DNA of 32,423 bases from an uncultured Chthonomonadaceae bacterium (GCA_963835065.1 CAWIEK010000021.1:1-32423); one strand, 5' to 3'; shown: positions 1 to 8,970, counted from the stretch's first letter. Translations and numbers: made by a program. Notes: generated by a model from the letters alone, not told the origin.

Positions 1-13
1 TGCAAAGCAGAAC

Positions 14-54
14 AGCCCCGCGTAAGCAGTCATGCCGCGCGGGGCTTTCCTTTT
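14..54 (+). terminator. Probable intrinsic terminator of an upstream gene outside the window
   Basis: AGCCCCGCG (14-22) / CGCGGGGCT (38-46) stem followed by TTCCTTTT. Confidence 0.5.
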
Positions 55-87
55 GCTGTTTGCCGGCGGGAGGCTTTAAGTACACGT

Positions 88-981
88 ATGGAACTCTACC
101 AGCTGGAAGCCTTTGAAGCCATTGTTGCGCATGGCAGTTTTACCCGCGCGGCGGAAGCCCTGAGCCTGAGCCAGCCGGCGGTCACGCGCCAAATTGCCGG
201 TCTGGAGGCGGAATTGAAGACGCCGCTCTTTGACCGATTGGGACGTGCGGTGCAAATGACGGCGGCGGGCGAGGCGCTGCATCGCTACGCGGAAACCATG
301 ATGCGCCTGTCTCAGGAAGCGCGGCAGGCGGTTGCGGACGTGAGCGCGGGCGAAGCGGGGCGCGTCAGCGTGGGCGCGAGCAATACGCTGGCGACGTATG
401 TTCTGCCGCCCCTGCTGCGGCAGTTTCGGCAGGCGCGTCCCCGCGTGGAGATTGCGATACAAACGGGAGTTTCGGCGCAGATTTTAGAGTTGGTGCGGGC
501 AGGGGCAGCCGACATCGGGCTGGTAACGGGCGAGATACGCGATCCGCTGCTGCTGACGACGTTTCTGGCGGAGTATGAAACGCGGGTCGTGGTTTCGGTG
601 GGGCATCCTCTGGCGCGGCTGACCTCGGTAAGCGCGTCGCAACTGGCGGGCAGCCCCTTGATTTTGATGGAATCGGGAACCAACCTGCGCACGTATGTAG
701 ATCGGCTGCTCAACGAGGCGGGCGTGGAAGAGCAAGTCGCGCTGGAACTGGATAACGTCGAGGCCATCAAGCGCATGATCGAAGCAGAGTTGGGCATCTC
801 GCTGCTGCCGGAAGTGGCCGTGCGCCGGGAAGTGGCGACGGGGCGGCTCGTGGCCCTCAAACTGACCGATGTGCCCCGCGCCAAGCGCCAGATTGCTCTC
901 GTACACCGCCGCGACAAATACCTGTCCGTCGTCCTGAAAGCGTTCATGGAGATGCTGGGCAAAGTGAAGAGTGGAGAGTGA
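88..981 (+). CDS. LysR-family transcriptional regulator
   Basis: N-terminal LysR HTH (GSFTRAAEALSLSQPAVTRQIAGLE..L...LFDR), 297 aa, substrate-binding domain ending in IKRMIEAELGISLLP; GGAGG upstream. Confidence 0.95.
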   Translation: MELYQLEAFEAIVAHGSFTRAAEALSLSQPAVTRQIAGLEAELKTPLFDRLGRAVQMTAAGEALHRYAETMMRLSQEARQAVADVSAGEAGRVSVGASNTLATYVLPPLLRQFRQARPRVEIAIQTGVSAQILELVRAGAADIGLVTGEIRDPLLLTTFLAEYETRVVVSVGHPLARLTSVSASQLAGSPLILMESGTNLRTYVDRLLNEAGVEEQVALELDNVEAIKRMIEAELGISLLPEVAVRREVATGRLVALKLTDVPRAKRQIALVHRRDKYLSVVLKAFMEMLGKVKSGE

Positions 982-998
982 GAGTAAAAGTAAAAGTA
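961..998 (+). repeat. Solo purine-rich short-tandem-repeat arm overlapping the LysR stop codon
   Basis: aaagtg aagagtg gagagtg agagta aaagta aaagta; encodes the last residues KVKSGE*. Confidence 0.55.
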
Positions 999-1080
999 CA
1001 ATCCGGCGTCGTTGACCGCGCGCTTTTAGCGTATAATGTGAGTATAGCATTGTACGTTGCTGTAACATAGGAGTTGAATA

Positions 1081-1350
1081 ATGGTAGTTGTCAGTGAACC
1101 TCGTCTCAACATCGCGCAACTCGTTGCGCAGGCAAAAGCTACGAGTGAGCCTGTCGTACTTACGACCAACGGAGAAGCAGAGGTTGTCCTTCTGACGCCG
1201 GAAGCATATCAGGCGTTGCTTGATCGCATAGACCTGTTGGATAGCGTCATCGGCTTTTACAAAGCCGAACTTCAGTTTGAACGTGGCGAGTCACGCCCGG
1301 CTCGCGAAGCGCTGGAGGAGATAGGCCGCAAACATGGCATTCTACCTTGA
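1081..1350 (+). CDS. Phd/YefM-family antitoxin
   Basis: 89 aa; EPVVLTTNGEAEVVLLTPEAYQAL Phd fold motif; GGAG RBS; overlaps downstream toxin. Confidence 0.85.
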   Translation: MVVVSEPRLNIAQLVAQAKATSEPVVLTTNGEAEVVLLTPEAYQALLDRIDLLDSVIGFYKAELQFERGESRPAREALEEIGRKHGILP

Positions 1351-1690
1351 TTTCTCTGATGCCGCCTCAATGGACGCGCAGGACGCGCTTGCCTGGATGG
1401 AGCAACATTCTCCAAAGTATGCTGCGGATTGGTACATCGGTCTTATGGATGCTATTTTCTCGCTGGAGGAGATGCCGCGTCGCTGCCCATTCGCGCCCGA
1501 AAACGATTTTTCTACTCGTGAAGTTCGTCAACTGTTTTACACAAAGCGCAGTATTACCTACAGGATTGTTTTCGTAATTGTGAAGGAAGCGACGGACGAG
1601 GAGGCAGGTGAACTCCGGGTATATCGTATCCGGCATGGAGCGCAACGTCCTCTAACCGCCGGTGAGTTTAAGCAAGGTGAGAAAGATTGA
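1334..1690 (+). CDS. RelE/ParE-family toxin
   Basis: SLEEMPRRCPFAPE...YRIVF...VYRIRHGAQ ParE-like motifs; 17-nt overlap with the antitoxin. Confidence 0.85.
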   Translation: MAFYLDFSDAASMDAQDALAWMEQHSPKYAADWYIGLMDAIFSLEEMPRRCPFAPENDFSTREVRQLFYTKRSITYRIVFVIVKEATDEEAGELRVYRIRHGAQRPLTAGEFKQGEKD

Positions 1691-1851
1691 AACCGTTTTT
1701 GTTGTATAATGTAACGGCTGTTGCCTGTTGTTTCAGAAACGACGTGTAGTGTCGCTGCTTCGTACCCAATCTGGCGCGCTGCATTTTAGCAACCAACCAT
1801 TTTCACCTATTTGCAGGAACCGTTGAGAACACGTTTTGAGGGAAGTAGCTT

Positions 1852-2424
1852 ATGCCGCCGAGTTCGGATTTTGACGCCCAGTTTAAGCCGCCCGTGGAAC
1901 TGGAAGAAGCCTGGACGCGCCACCCTGCCATTGTGAAGCTGGGCGAAAGCCCCGTTTTGCGCCAGGTCGCCAAACCCATCACGCGCTACACGCAGGAAAC
2001 CAATCATCTGATCGAGCGCATGAGGGAAGTGATGAAGGAGGCGAATGGCCTGGGATTGGCCGCGCCCCAAATCGGCGTTTCCAGCCGCGTTATCGTGTAC
2101 GATGCCGGGGAGGGCGTTCGGGTTCTGGTCAACCCCGTGATTTTGAAGAAAACCGGCGAACAGGACGATCCGCCCGAAGGCTGCTTGTCTATTCCCGGCT
2201 TGCAGGGTGTGGTGAAGCGGTTTCAGGAAGTGCAGGTGCAGGGCTTCGATGAGCGGGGCCGACCCGTCAAGCGCCGCGCCAAAGAACTGGAAGCCCGCGT
2301 GATTCAACACGAAATAGACCACCTGGACGGCGTTCTGTTCATTGACCGCGCTGATCCCGATACGCTTGTCTGGATGCTGGGAGACGAGGACAACGAAGAC
2401 GGGAATGGAGCGCCGAGGGAATGA
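1852..2424 (+). CDS. def: Peptide deformylase
   Basis: GLGLAAPQIG, EGCLS and QHEIDHLDG motifs; adjacent to fmt. Confidence 0.97.
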   Translation: MPPSSDFDAQFKPPVELEEAWTRHPAIVKLGESPVLRQVAKPITRYTQETNHLIERMREVMKEANGLGLAAPQIGVSSRVIVYDAGEGVRVLVNPVILKKTGEQDDPPEGCLSIPGLQGVVKRFQEVQVQGFDERGRPVKRRAKELEARVIQHEIDHLDGVLFIDRADPDTLVWMLGDEDNEDGNGAPRE

Positions 2425-2433
2425 GGTTGAGGG

Positions 2434-3435
2434 ATGTCTATGCGTATCATATTCTTCGGGACGGCGGAGTTCGCCGTCCCTTCGCTTGACGCGGTTTTGG
2501 AAGCGGGACACGACGTGCTGCGCGTGGTCACGCAGCCGGACAAGCCGCAGGGGCGAGGCCAGCAGCTTGTCGCTTCTCCCATAAAACAGGCGGCGTTGGC
2601 ACACGGCCTGACGGTTTTACAGCCGCGTCGGGTTCGCGCCGAGGGGTTTCTGGCGAAGATGCGCGATTTGCAGCCCGACGCGCTGGCGCTGGCGGCTTTC
2701 GGGCAGATTATTCCCCAGGCTCTGCTGGACCTGCCTCCCTTTGGGCCGATCAATGTGCATGGTTCGCTCCTGCCGAAATATCGGGGCGCGGCTCCCATTC
2801 AGCGCGTAATTATGGCGGGAGAAACCGAAACCGGCGTGACGACCATGTGGATGGATGCCACGCTGGACACGGGCGATATGCTGCTGGAAGCCTCTCTTCC
2901 CATTGCTCCCGACGATACGGCGGGAACCCTGACGCCCAAAATGGCCCACTTGGGCGCGCGCCTGCTGGTAGAAACCCTGGCAGGCTTGCAGGCCGGCACG
3001 ATTTCACGCCGCAAGCAGGATGACAGCCTGGCGACGTTCGCGCCCGCTATTGTGCCTGAAGACTGTGTTGTCCGCTGGGAGGAACCGGCGGATGTTCTCT
3101 GTAACCGCATACGCGGCGTCAGCCCCAAACCCGGCGCGTCCGCGCAATGCAATGGCAGGCGCGTTAAAATATGGGCGGCGCAGCCTTATGTACGCCCTGA
3201 TCTTCCTTCCCTGCAAAGGTCAACGGATATGAATACACCCGTTCCCCTTCCCGGCACCATTCTTGCGATTTCCAAATCGCCGCCCGGAGTGCTTGTAGCT
3301 GCCGGCGGGGGCACAATCATACTGTTGACCGAAGCGCAGCCGGAAAACGGCAAGCGCATGTCGGCGGCAGATTGGGCGCGCGGGCAGCGACTCGGAGGTG
3401 GCGCGCGGTTTGAAGTGAACGCGGTGAAAGGGTAA
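2434..3435 (+). CDS. fmt: Methionyl-tRNA formyltransferase
   Basis: MRIIFFGTAEFAVPSL, VVTQPDKPQGRG, INVHGSLLPKYRGAAPIQR, LDTGD; start at 2434 or 2440. Confidence 0.97.
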   Translation: MSMRIIFFGTAEFAVPSLDAVLEAGHDVLRVVTQPDKPQGRGQQLVASPIKQAALAHGLTVLQPRRVRAEGFLAKMRDLQPDALALAAFGQIIPQALLDLPPFGPINVHGSLLPKYRGAAPIQRVIMAGETETGVTTMWMDATLDTGDMLLEASLPIAPDDTAGTLTPKMAHLGARLLVETLAGLQAGTISRRKQDDSLATFAPAIVPEDCVVRWEEPADVLCNRIRGVSPKPGASAQCNGRRVKIWAAQPYVRPDLPSLQRSTDMNTPVPLPGTILAISKSPPGVLVAAGGGTIILLTEAQPENGKRMSAADWARGQRLGGGARFEVNAVKG

Positions 3436-3468
3436 ATTCATGCCGCAAGGCAACTGTCAACGCCTGTT

Positions 3469-3500
3469 TTCCTTATCCCTTACCCCTTTTTCCTTATTCC
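3469..3500. repeat. Degenerate pyrimidine-rich heptamer arm downstream of fmt
   Basis: ttccttatcccttacccctttttccttattcc, roughly (ccttayc)n; may pair weakly with gtgaaagggtaaa at the fmt stop. Confidence 0.35.
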
Positions 3501-3672
3501 TAAATTTTATAGTAGAACTTCGGGTTGTTGTGGAATAACGTGTTTGTAACCGTAAGAAAGCCCCGGAACAGGAAAAACAAACGGGCTTGAACACGGCTGC
3601 AAATAAAGTACAAATCTATAACAGGCTCTCTTCAAAATTAAAAGTCAAGAGGGAGAAAAGGAATCACAACAA

Positions 3673-3909
3673 ATGAATAGCCAAGCCTCACATACGTCCG
3701 AAGCGGTGCGCCTGACCAAGCGGGAACTGGAAATACTGGCACTGATTGTGGAAGGCCATTCCAGTAAGCGGGTTGCCGATATGCTGTTTGTCAGCAAGCG
3801 CACCGTGGATTTCCACCTGGACAATATCTACGAGAAACTGCAAGTCACTAATCGCATGCAGGCCATGCAGCGCGCCAATCGTCTCGGCCTGCTGCAGTTC
3901 GCCGCCTAA
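3673..3909 (+). CDS. Stand-alone LuxR/GerE-type HTH regulator
   Basis: LTKRELEILALIVEGHSSKRVADMLFVSKRTVDFHLDNIYEKLQVTNR; 78 aa, no receiver domain. Confidence 0.92.
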   Translation: MNSQASHTSEAVRLTKRELEILALIVEGHSSKRVADMLFVSKRTVDFHLDNIYEKLQVTNRMQAMQRANRLGLLQFAA

Positions 3910-3980
3910 CAGGTTCCGTAAGTAAACTTATAACGTAATCAAGGTTCCAAAATTCAATAACGTGTCATTATCATCATCCC

Positions 3981-4025
3981 ATCAGGCCGTTCGTCGCGCT
4001 CAAAAGAAGCGACGAACGGCCTGAT
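3981..4025. terminator. 17-bp perfect hairpin after the LuxR gene
   Basis: ATCAGGCCGTTCGTCGC (3981-3997) / GCGACGAACGGCCTGAT (4009-4025); weak U-tract. Confidence 0.6.
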
Positions 4026-4036
4026 CGCATTTGAAC

Positions 4037-4092
4037 CTTAACAAAACCTTAATCAAGATTTAACCTCCTCTTAATGTTGGCATGGCTATAAT
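4037..4092 (+). promoter_or_regulatory. Pho-box-like (PhoB/OmpR-family) tandem operator plus -10 element
   Basis: YTTAAY at 4037, 4048, 4059 and 4070 (exact 11-bp period), then TATAAT at 4087-4092 with no canonical -35. Confidence 0.65.
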
Positions 4093-4181
4093 AAGTCAGT
4101 AACAGGCTGGTTCTAAACAGTGTATGGCTCAGTCTGTCATTTGCAAACAAGGCTGTTGCATCCGTTTGAGGAGAAAAACTA

Positions 4182-5034
4182 TTGAAACGTAAAGCGTTTA
4201 CGCTGATTGAGTTGCTCGTCGTGATCGCCATTATCGCCATTTTGGCCGCGATTTTGTTTCCGGTCTTTGCGCAGGCGCGCGAGAAAGCCCGGCAGACGAG
4301 CTGTTTGTCCAACCTGAAACAACTCGGACTGAGTTTGAACATGTACTCTCAGGATTACGACGGCACACTGATGCAGACGTCGTGGGAACTCGGCAGCCTG
4401 AAGGCCAAAGTGCATTGGTCTTATCTGGTGCAGCCGTATGTCAGAAAATCAGCAAATTTTTGTGTGCCCGTCTGACCCTACACCGGTAAAGCCGCTGAAC
4501 CGATTATGCGGTCCGGGCGATACGATTGGGGTGACGCTGTGCGACGCGCAGGCTCCCCTGTTCTCGTACATCAACAGCTACAACGCCATGCCCGCCCATG
4601 ACTGGATTCCACCGTCAGAAGCCGCCTTTGACAAGCCCGCCAATCTCATCGTGTTGGGTGAGCGCCGCAACAACATGAACGACGCGGCCATGACGCTTAT
4701 CGGCCAGTGGAAGGGAACCTCGCCGTTCATTGCCACAAGCGGCAATCATGGCACGGGGAACGGCAGTGGACAGGTTTGTCCCGGCGACACTTACCGCTTC
4801 GTCACATTCGCGGATGTCACCAAAGGGCTTCTGCCGTCCAACAGCAACGACAACCCGGAAATCGTGCGCGTGAAGTTTGATCGGCATACCGGTGGCTCGA
4901 ACTACGCTTTCTATGACGGTCACGCGAAGTGGTTCCGCCTGGAGCAAACGTTCGATCCCGGCAACTGGCAGTGGGGCGATAAGTGGTATCCCACCCCGAA
5001 CCCGGACCCTCGCGCCGGTTCCAAGTGCAACTAA
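4182..5034 (+). pseudogene. Prepilin-type N-methylation / DUF1559 / H-X9-DG protein, split by a +1 frameshift near 4445-4448 (pseudogene or sequence error)
   Basis: [46 protein letters not shown] in 4182..4475; IFVCPSD and RHTGGSNYAFYDGHAK in 4438..5034; removing one A from GTCAGAAAATCAG gives [15 protein letters not shown]. Confidence 0.85.
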
Positions 5035-5064
5035 CTTTTGCCGCCGTTCCCGCTGCAAAGCAAG

Positions 5065-5105
5065 CAAGCCGAAGCCCCGCAATCAGATTGCGGGGCTTCG
5101 GCTTG
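5065..5105. terminator. 20-bp perfect inverted repeat after the DUF1559 gene
   Basis: CAAGCCGAAGCCCCGCAATC-A-GATTGCGGGGCTTCGGCTTG; lies between convergent units. Confidence 0.7.
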
Positions 5106-5120
5106 TTCATGCCTGTTCAT

Positions 5121-5177
5121 TTAAGAGGCAACCCGGTACAGTTTTACCAGCGCAGGAGTGTCCACAAAAGTACGCAT
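5121..5177 (-). pseudogene. Truncated VapC/PIN toxin (N-terminal 18 aa only)
   Basis: Manual translation MRTFVDTPALVKLYRVAS* resembles the PIN N-terminus xLDTSALVKLY; GGAG RBS upstream of the ATG. Confidence 0.6.
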
Positions 5178-5181
5178 TGTG

Positions 5182-5256
5182 CTACTCCATGCGCCGTTGG
5201 CGTATCACCTCATCGGCAACGCTGCCCTCGAAAGTGTCCGTTGGCAGCATAGGTAT
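5182..5256 (-). pseudogene. C-terminal remnant of a probable VapB-like antitoxin, cut by the IS remnant
   Basis: ...IPMLPTDTFEGSVADEVIRQRRME* ends 4 nt before the PIN remnant start; tail resembles antitoxin C-termini. Confidence 0.4.
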
Positions 5257-5604
5257 CTACACAGTTTCTAGTTGGGGTATTCTCTTTGTCTATGGAGACA
5301 CCCCCAATTGCTTTAGAAGCGCGTCTACAAACGCGCTACCATACGCTGGTCGAACAACATAGTACCCCACCTTCGGCACTCGCCAGTGGCTTGCGTTCTC
5401 TGCCCGACGGCGGCAGCGGCTTTGCGGCCACCCAAGCGGCCTGGCGCTTCTTCGCCAACCCGAAGGTGACGTTGCCTGCCTTGTGCCAGCCGTTGCAGGA
5501 CTATGCCCGGCAACAGGTACAAGGACAGGCGTATGTCCTCGTGGTGCATGACTGGAGTTGGCTCGACTACAACGGGCATACGCGCAAGAAAGATCGCCTC
5601 GCGC
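5257..5604 (+). mobile_element. IS4-family (Tn5/IS50-like) insertion sequence remnant: one end plus transposase N-terminus (ORF 5286..5624)
   Basis: ATQAAWRFFANPKV...VLVVHDWSWLDYNGH resembles the Tn5-type DNA-binding domain and first catalytic Asp; rest of the DDE domain absent; candidate terminal repeat CTACACAGTTTCTAG near 5257. Confidence 0.75.
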
Positions 5605-6036
5605 ACTCGCATAGTCGAGCGTAGCCGGCCTTACTTTGTACCGCGCTTTCTCGGAGATAAGTTTATCACGTTTGACTTTCTTGTTGAACTGACAGGCACA
5701 AGCGGTGGAACACCCTTCTTTTTTGTTCAGGTCAAAACTACAAGCACAGGCTATACTACGGATAAACGCGGCAACCGTAAATTGAAAGTCAGAGTAACGC
5801 GCGGCGATTTACTGCGCATGAAAAACTACCCGGCTCCCACTTACGTAATCGGAATTGATGAGGCGGCACAAGTGGGGTACATTGTTTCCACGAATGGCGA
5901 TTGCCCTGCCACTTTGAACGGTTTGCCGATTACACATGAACTGAATTGCGCAAACTTGGCGGCGTTGTGGCAGGAAGTTACAACCTACTGGGCCGTACGC
6001 AACATGCTGATGCCTACTTCTCGCTTTGGAGTGTAA
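5605..6036 (+). pseudogene. DUF4365-like PD-(D/E)xK protein, 5'-truncated at the IS junction
   Basis: RPYFVPRFLGDKFITFDFLVEL...FFVQVKTT...PAPTYVIGIDE; no native start, since the upstream part of ORF 5503..6036 is IS sequence. Confidence 0.6.
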
Positions 6037-6040
6037 ACAG

Positions 6041-6514
6041 ATGATGGATGTTATAGATCAAGTCATAGAACAGCGGGCAGAATCGTTTGCTTATCTCTAT
6101 CTGACGGCGAACAAGCGCCTTGCTGTGTACCGGCAGTATCGGGAACGCAATCCCATGCTTGATTTTCTGGTCAAGATAAAAGATCGAACGTTTGCGGCAT
6201 CAGGAGAGTTCGGCGTCGAGGTTGAAGGCGTTTTAGCCAATGGACGCGACACCGCGCAAACTGAAGTTGAAATGCCTGACATTCAGCCGAAACGCCTCCA
6301 TGCCGATAGCGCCATTCCTGTCTGCCTGTTCGTCTTTTTCGTAGATATGGACTGCGGCTACTATCGCTGGCTGCGAGAGCCTGTTTTGGACGGCACATTC
6401 CAACTGAAAAACAACGACAGCGCGTTGTTTCGTTCCTTGAACGATACGGCAGTGAATGCTATTGTCGCGCAAGTGCAGCAATGGCACAAGTCCAGCAAGC
6501 GGGCAACAGCATAA
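6041..6514 (+). CDS. DUF4365-like protein, second of a tandem pair
   Basis: EQRAESFAYLYLT...LDFLVKI...FGVEVEG...IPVCLFVFFVD..GYYRWLREP; GGAG before ATG 6041. Confidence 0.65.
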   Translation: MMDVIDQVIEQRAESFAYLYLTANKRLAVYRQYRERNPMLDFLVKIKDRTFAASGEFGVEVEGVLANGRDTAQTEVEMPDIQPKRLHADSAIPVCLFVFFVDMDCGYYRWLREPVLDGTFQLKNNDSALFRSLNDTAVNAIVAQVQQWHKSSKRATA

Positions 6515-6563
6515 AACTCTTGTTGTTCTGCATGGAAATCTCTGCATAATACCGGCGTTTGTG

Positions 6564-6592
6564 TTGACGAAACGCGCTGTTCTTGCTACAAT
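6564..6592 (+). promoter_or_regulatory. Sigma70-type promoter of the parDE module
   Basis: TTGACG (6564-6569), 17 bp spacer, TACAAT (6587-6592) with extended TG. Confidence 0.7.
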
Positions 6593-6634
6593 AGGATAGG
6601 GCGAACGCTTGTTTGGAAAGGAACCGGAAAGTCC

Positions 6635-6904
6635 ATGAACATCTATATGTCGGCGGAAGATGAGGCGTATGTCAAAGGGAAAGTGGAAAGTGGGGAGTGC
6701 CATTCTACGAGTGAAGTGGTGCTGATGGCTCTGGAACTCCTCAAAGAACGAGATGAGGTTCGGCGCTGGAAACTGGAACGCCTGCGCTGCGACATTCAGA
6801 TTGGTTTGGAGCAGGCGGACAGGGGGGAAGTGACGCCGCTGGATATTGAAAAAATCAAGTCCGAAGGGCGCAAGCGGCTTGCCGCTATGCAGGAGCAACA
6901 CTAA
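6635..6904 (+). CDS. parD: ParD-family (RHH, CC2985-like) antitoxin
   Basis: KVESGECHSTSEVVLMALELL...LERLRCDIQIGLEQADRG. Confidence 0.88.
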   Translation: MNIYMSAEDEAYVKGKVESGECHSTSEVVLMALELLKERDEVRRWKLERLRCDIQIGLEQADRGEVTPLDIEKIKSEGRKRLAAMQEQH

Positions 6905-7194
6905 TGGCGCAGGCGCTGAAAACGCCGGAGGCGGAACTGGATTTGATGGAAATCTGGCTGTTCATCGCCAGAGACAGCATTGAGGCGGCTGACCGCGTGG
7001 CAGAGAAGATAGACGCAGAGTGTCGTTCGCTGGCGGAAACACCGGGTATTGGCATCAGGCGTGGCGAACTTGCGCCGCGCCTGCAAAGTTTCCCAGTAGA
7101 CAGCTACGTCATTTTCTACCGCCGTGCCGAAGAGGATATTGAAATTCTGCGCGTACTGCACGGGGCGCGGCGTATAACCAGCAGCATGTTTTAA
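6904..7194 (+). CDS. parE: ParE-family toxin
   Basis: TPEAELDLMEIWLFIARDSIEAADR...LAETPGIG...YVIFYR...IEILRVLHGAR; TAATG coupling. Confidence 0.92.
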   Translation: MAQALKTPEAELDLMEIWLFIARDSIEAADRVAEKIDAECRSLAETPGIGIRRGELAPRLQSFPVDSYVIFYRRAEEDIEILRVLHGARRITSSMF

Positions 7195-7215
7195 GCTGCG
7201 TCCCGTTTGGATTTG

Positions 7216-8970
7216 TTATGCAAACAAGGCTTCCATGGCGTCTTCGCGGGCGCTGCGGTACTGCTCGTTGTAGAGTTTCTGGTACACGCCGGGACGCGCT
7301 ACGAGTTCGTCGTGCGACCCCACATCCACAATCCGCCCCGCTTCCATCACCACAATCCGATCCGCGTTCATAATCGTTGACAGACGGTGCGCGATGACAA
7401 AGCATGTTCTGCCCTTCATCAAGCGCTCCAATGCGGCCTGCACGTTCGCTTCCGTTTTGCTGTCGAGGGCGCTTGTCGCGTCGTCCAAGATCAGGATTTT
7501 GGGATCGGTCAGCGTGGCGCGGGCGATGCTCATGCGCTGCTTCTGGCCTACCGACAGCTTGATGCCGTCCTCGCCGATTTTGGTATCGTAGTTGTGCGGC
7601 AGGTTCATAATGAAGTTGTGCATGTCGGCGTTCTTGGCGGCCTGCAATATCTGCAAGTCCGTCGAACCCGGCTTGCCGTACTTGATGTTTTCTTTGAGCG
7701 ATACCGAAAACAACAAACTTTCCTGACTGACGATGCCGATCTGCCGCCGTATGGATTCCAAACGCACCTGCCGCAAATCCACGCCGTCCACGAAAATACG
7801 CCCCTGATTCACATCGTAGAAGCGGGCAATGAGATTGACAAGGCTTGTTTTGCCTGCCCCCGACGGCCCGACAATAGCGATGATTTCGCCGGGGTTCACC
7901 TTCAAGTCAATGTCGTGCAGAATGGGATATTTCGGGTCGTAGCCGAACGACACGTTCTGAAACTCCACCGCGCCCGCCATCTGCTTGATGCTGACCGCGT
8001 TGGGCGCGTCCACGATTTCGGGGCGCGTATCCAGCGTCTCGAAAACGCGCTCAATGGCCGCGCCCGTCCACTGCACCTGTACATTAAAGTCTACAATGCG
8101 AACGGCGGGGTCGTATAATTGCGCGACAAGGGCGTTGAAGGCGATCAGTTCCCCGATGTGCATATACCGGTGTAAAATCAACGCGCCGCCGTACCATAGC
8201 ACCAGTCCCGTGCCCGCGCCGCGTATCACCTGCGCCACGCCCTGCAAGCGCCGGTTCATCTTCATCTGCTGCATACCTAATGTAAAGTTGTCCTTTACGG
8301 TCAGCATGAACTTTTCGGTTTCGTAATCCTCGCGCACGAACGCTTTTACGACATTGATGCCCGTCAATTTTTCCTGTAACATGCCGAGCAGAGCATCCCA
8401 CTTTTCGCGCAGTTCCTCGCTGATGGGGCGAATGTGGCGGATAAACAGCTTGTAGTTCAGCACGTAAAACGGAATGGCAATCAGCGACACGAGCGCGAGC
8501 CGCCATTGGATGTTGAACAGCATGGCAAGCACGATAACCACGCTCATCGAGTCGGCCATAAATTGCACGAACCCACCGGAAATCATCTGCTGAATAAAAT
8601 CAATATCGCTCATCAGGCGCGAAATGATTTTGCCGGTCTGCCGCGTGTCGTAATACGCCAGTGACAGCCGATTCAGATGCCGGTACGATTGGAAGCGCAA
8701 ATCAAAAACGATACGCTGCCCAAGCCAGCCGATGATATAGTTGAGCGCGAACGAAATCAGGCCGCGAACCACATACAGCGCAAAGATACCCAGCGCGATA
8801 AGATTGAGCGTATGCAGGCGATGATGCGGCAGCACGTCGTCAAGGGCGTATTGCAGCAGCTTGGGCATGATAACGGGCGTGGTCGCCTGGCACAGCAGCA
8901 GGAACACGGCCAGGCCGACGCGCTTGCGATAGGGTCGTAAATAGCCGAGTAATCGGCGGAACTGATGCAC
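7216..8970 (-). CDS. ABC exporter half-transporter (TMD+NBD) with degenerate NBD motifs
   Basis: Six-TM domain; GPSGAGKT Walker A; LSVGQ signature; ILILDDATS Walker B; AHRLST. Confidence 0.95.
   Translation of the reverse strand: MHQFRRLLGYLRPYRKRVGLAVFLLLCQATTPVIMPKLLQYALDDVLPHHRLHTLNLIALGIFALYVVRGLISFALNYIIGWLGQRIVFDLRFQSYRHLNRLSLAYYDTRQTGKIISRLMSDIDFIQQMISGGFVQFMADSMSVVIVLAMLFNIQWRLALVSLIAIPFYVLNYKLFIRHIRPISEELREKWDALLGMLQEKLTGINVVKAFVREDYETEKFMLTVKDNFTLGMQQMKMNRRLQGVAQVIRGAGTGLVLWYGGALILHRYMHIGELIAFNALVAQLYDPAVRIVDFNVQVQWTGAAIERVFETLDTRPEIVDAPNAVSIKQMAGAVEFQNVSFGYDPKYPILHDIDLKVNPGEIIAIVGPSGAGKTSLVNLIARFYDVNQGRIFVDGVDLRQVRLESIRRQIGIVSQESLLFSVSLKENIKYGKPGSTDLQILQAAKNADMHNFIMNLPHNYDTKIGEDGIKLSVGQKQRMSIARATLTDPKILILDDATSALDSKTEANVQAALERLMKGRTCFVIAHRLSTIMNADRIVVMEAGRIVDVGSHDELVARPGVYQKLYNEQYRSAREDAMEALFA

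Noticed and set aside
1012..1037. TTGACC...TATAAT upstream of the phd-parE module
   Set aside because: The spacer is only 14 bp; the -10 is plausible but a full promoter is not supported.
5503..5604. N-terminus of ORF 5503..6036
   Set aside because: It is IS transposase sequence read in another frame, not part of the DUF4365 protein.
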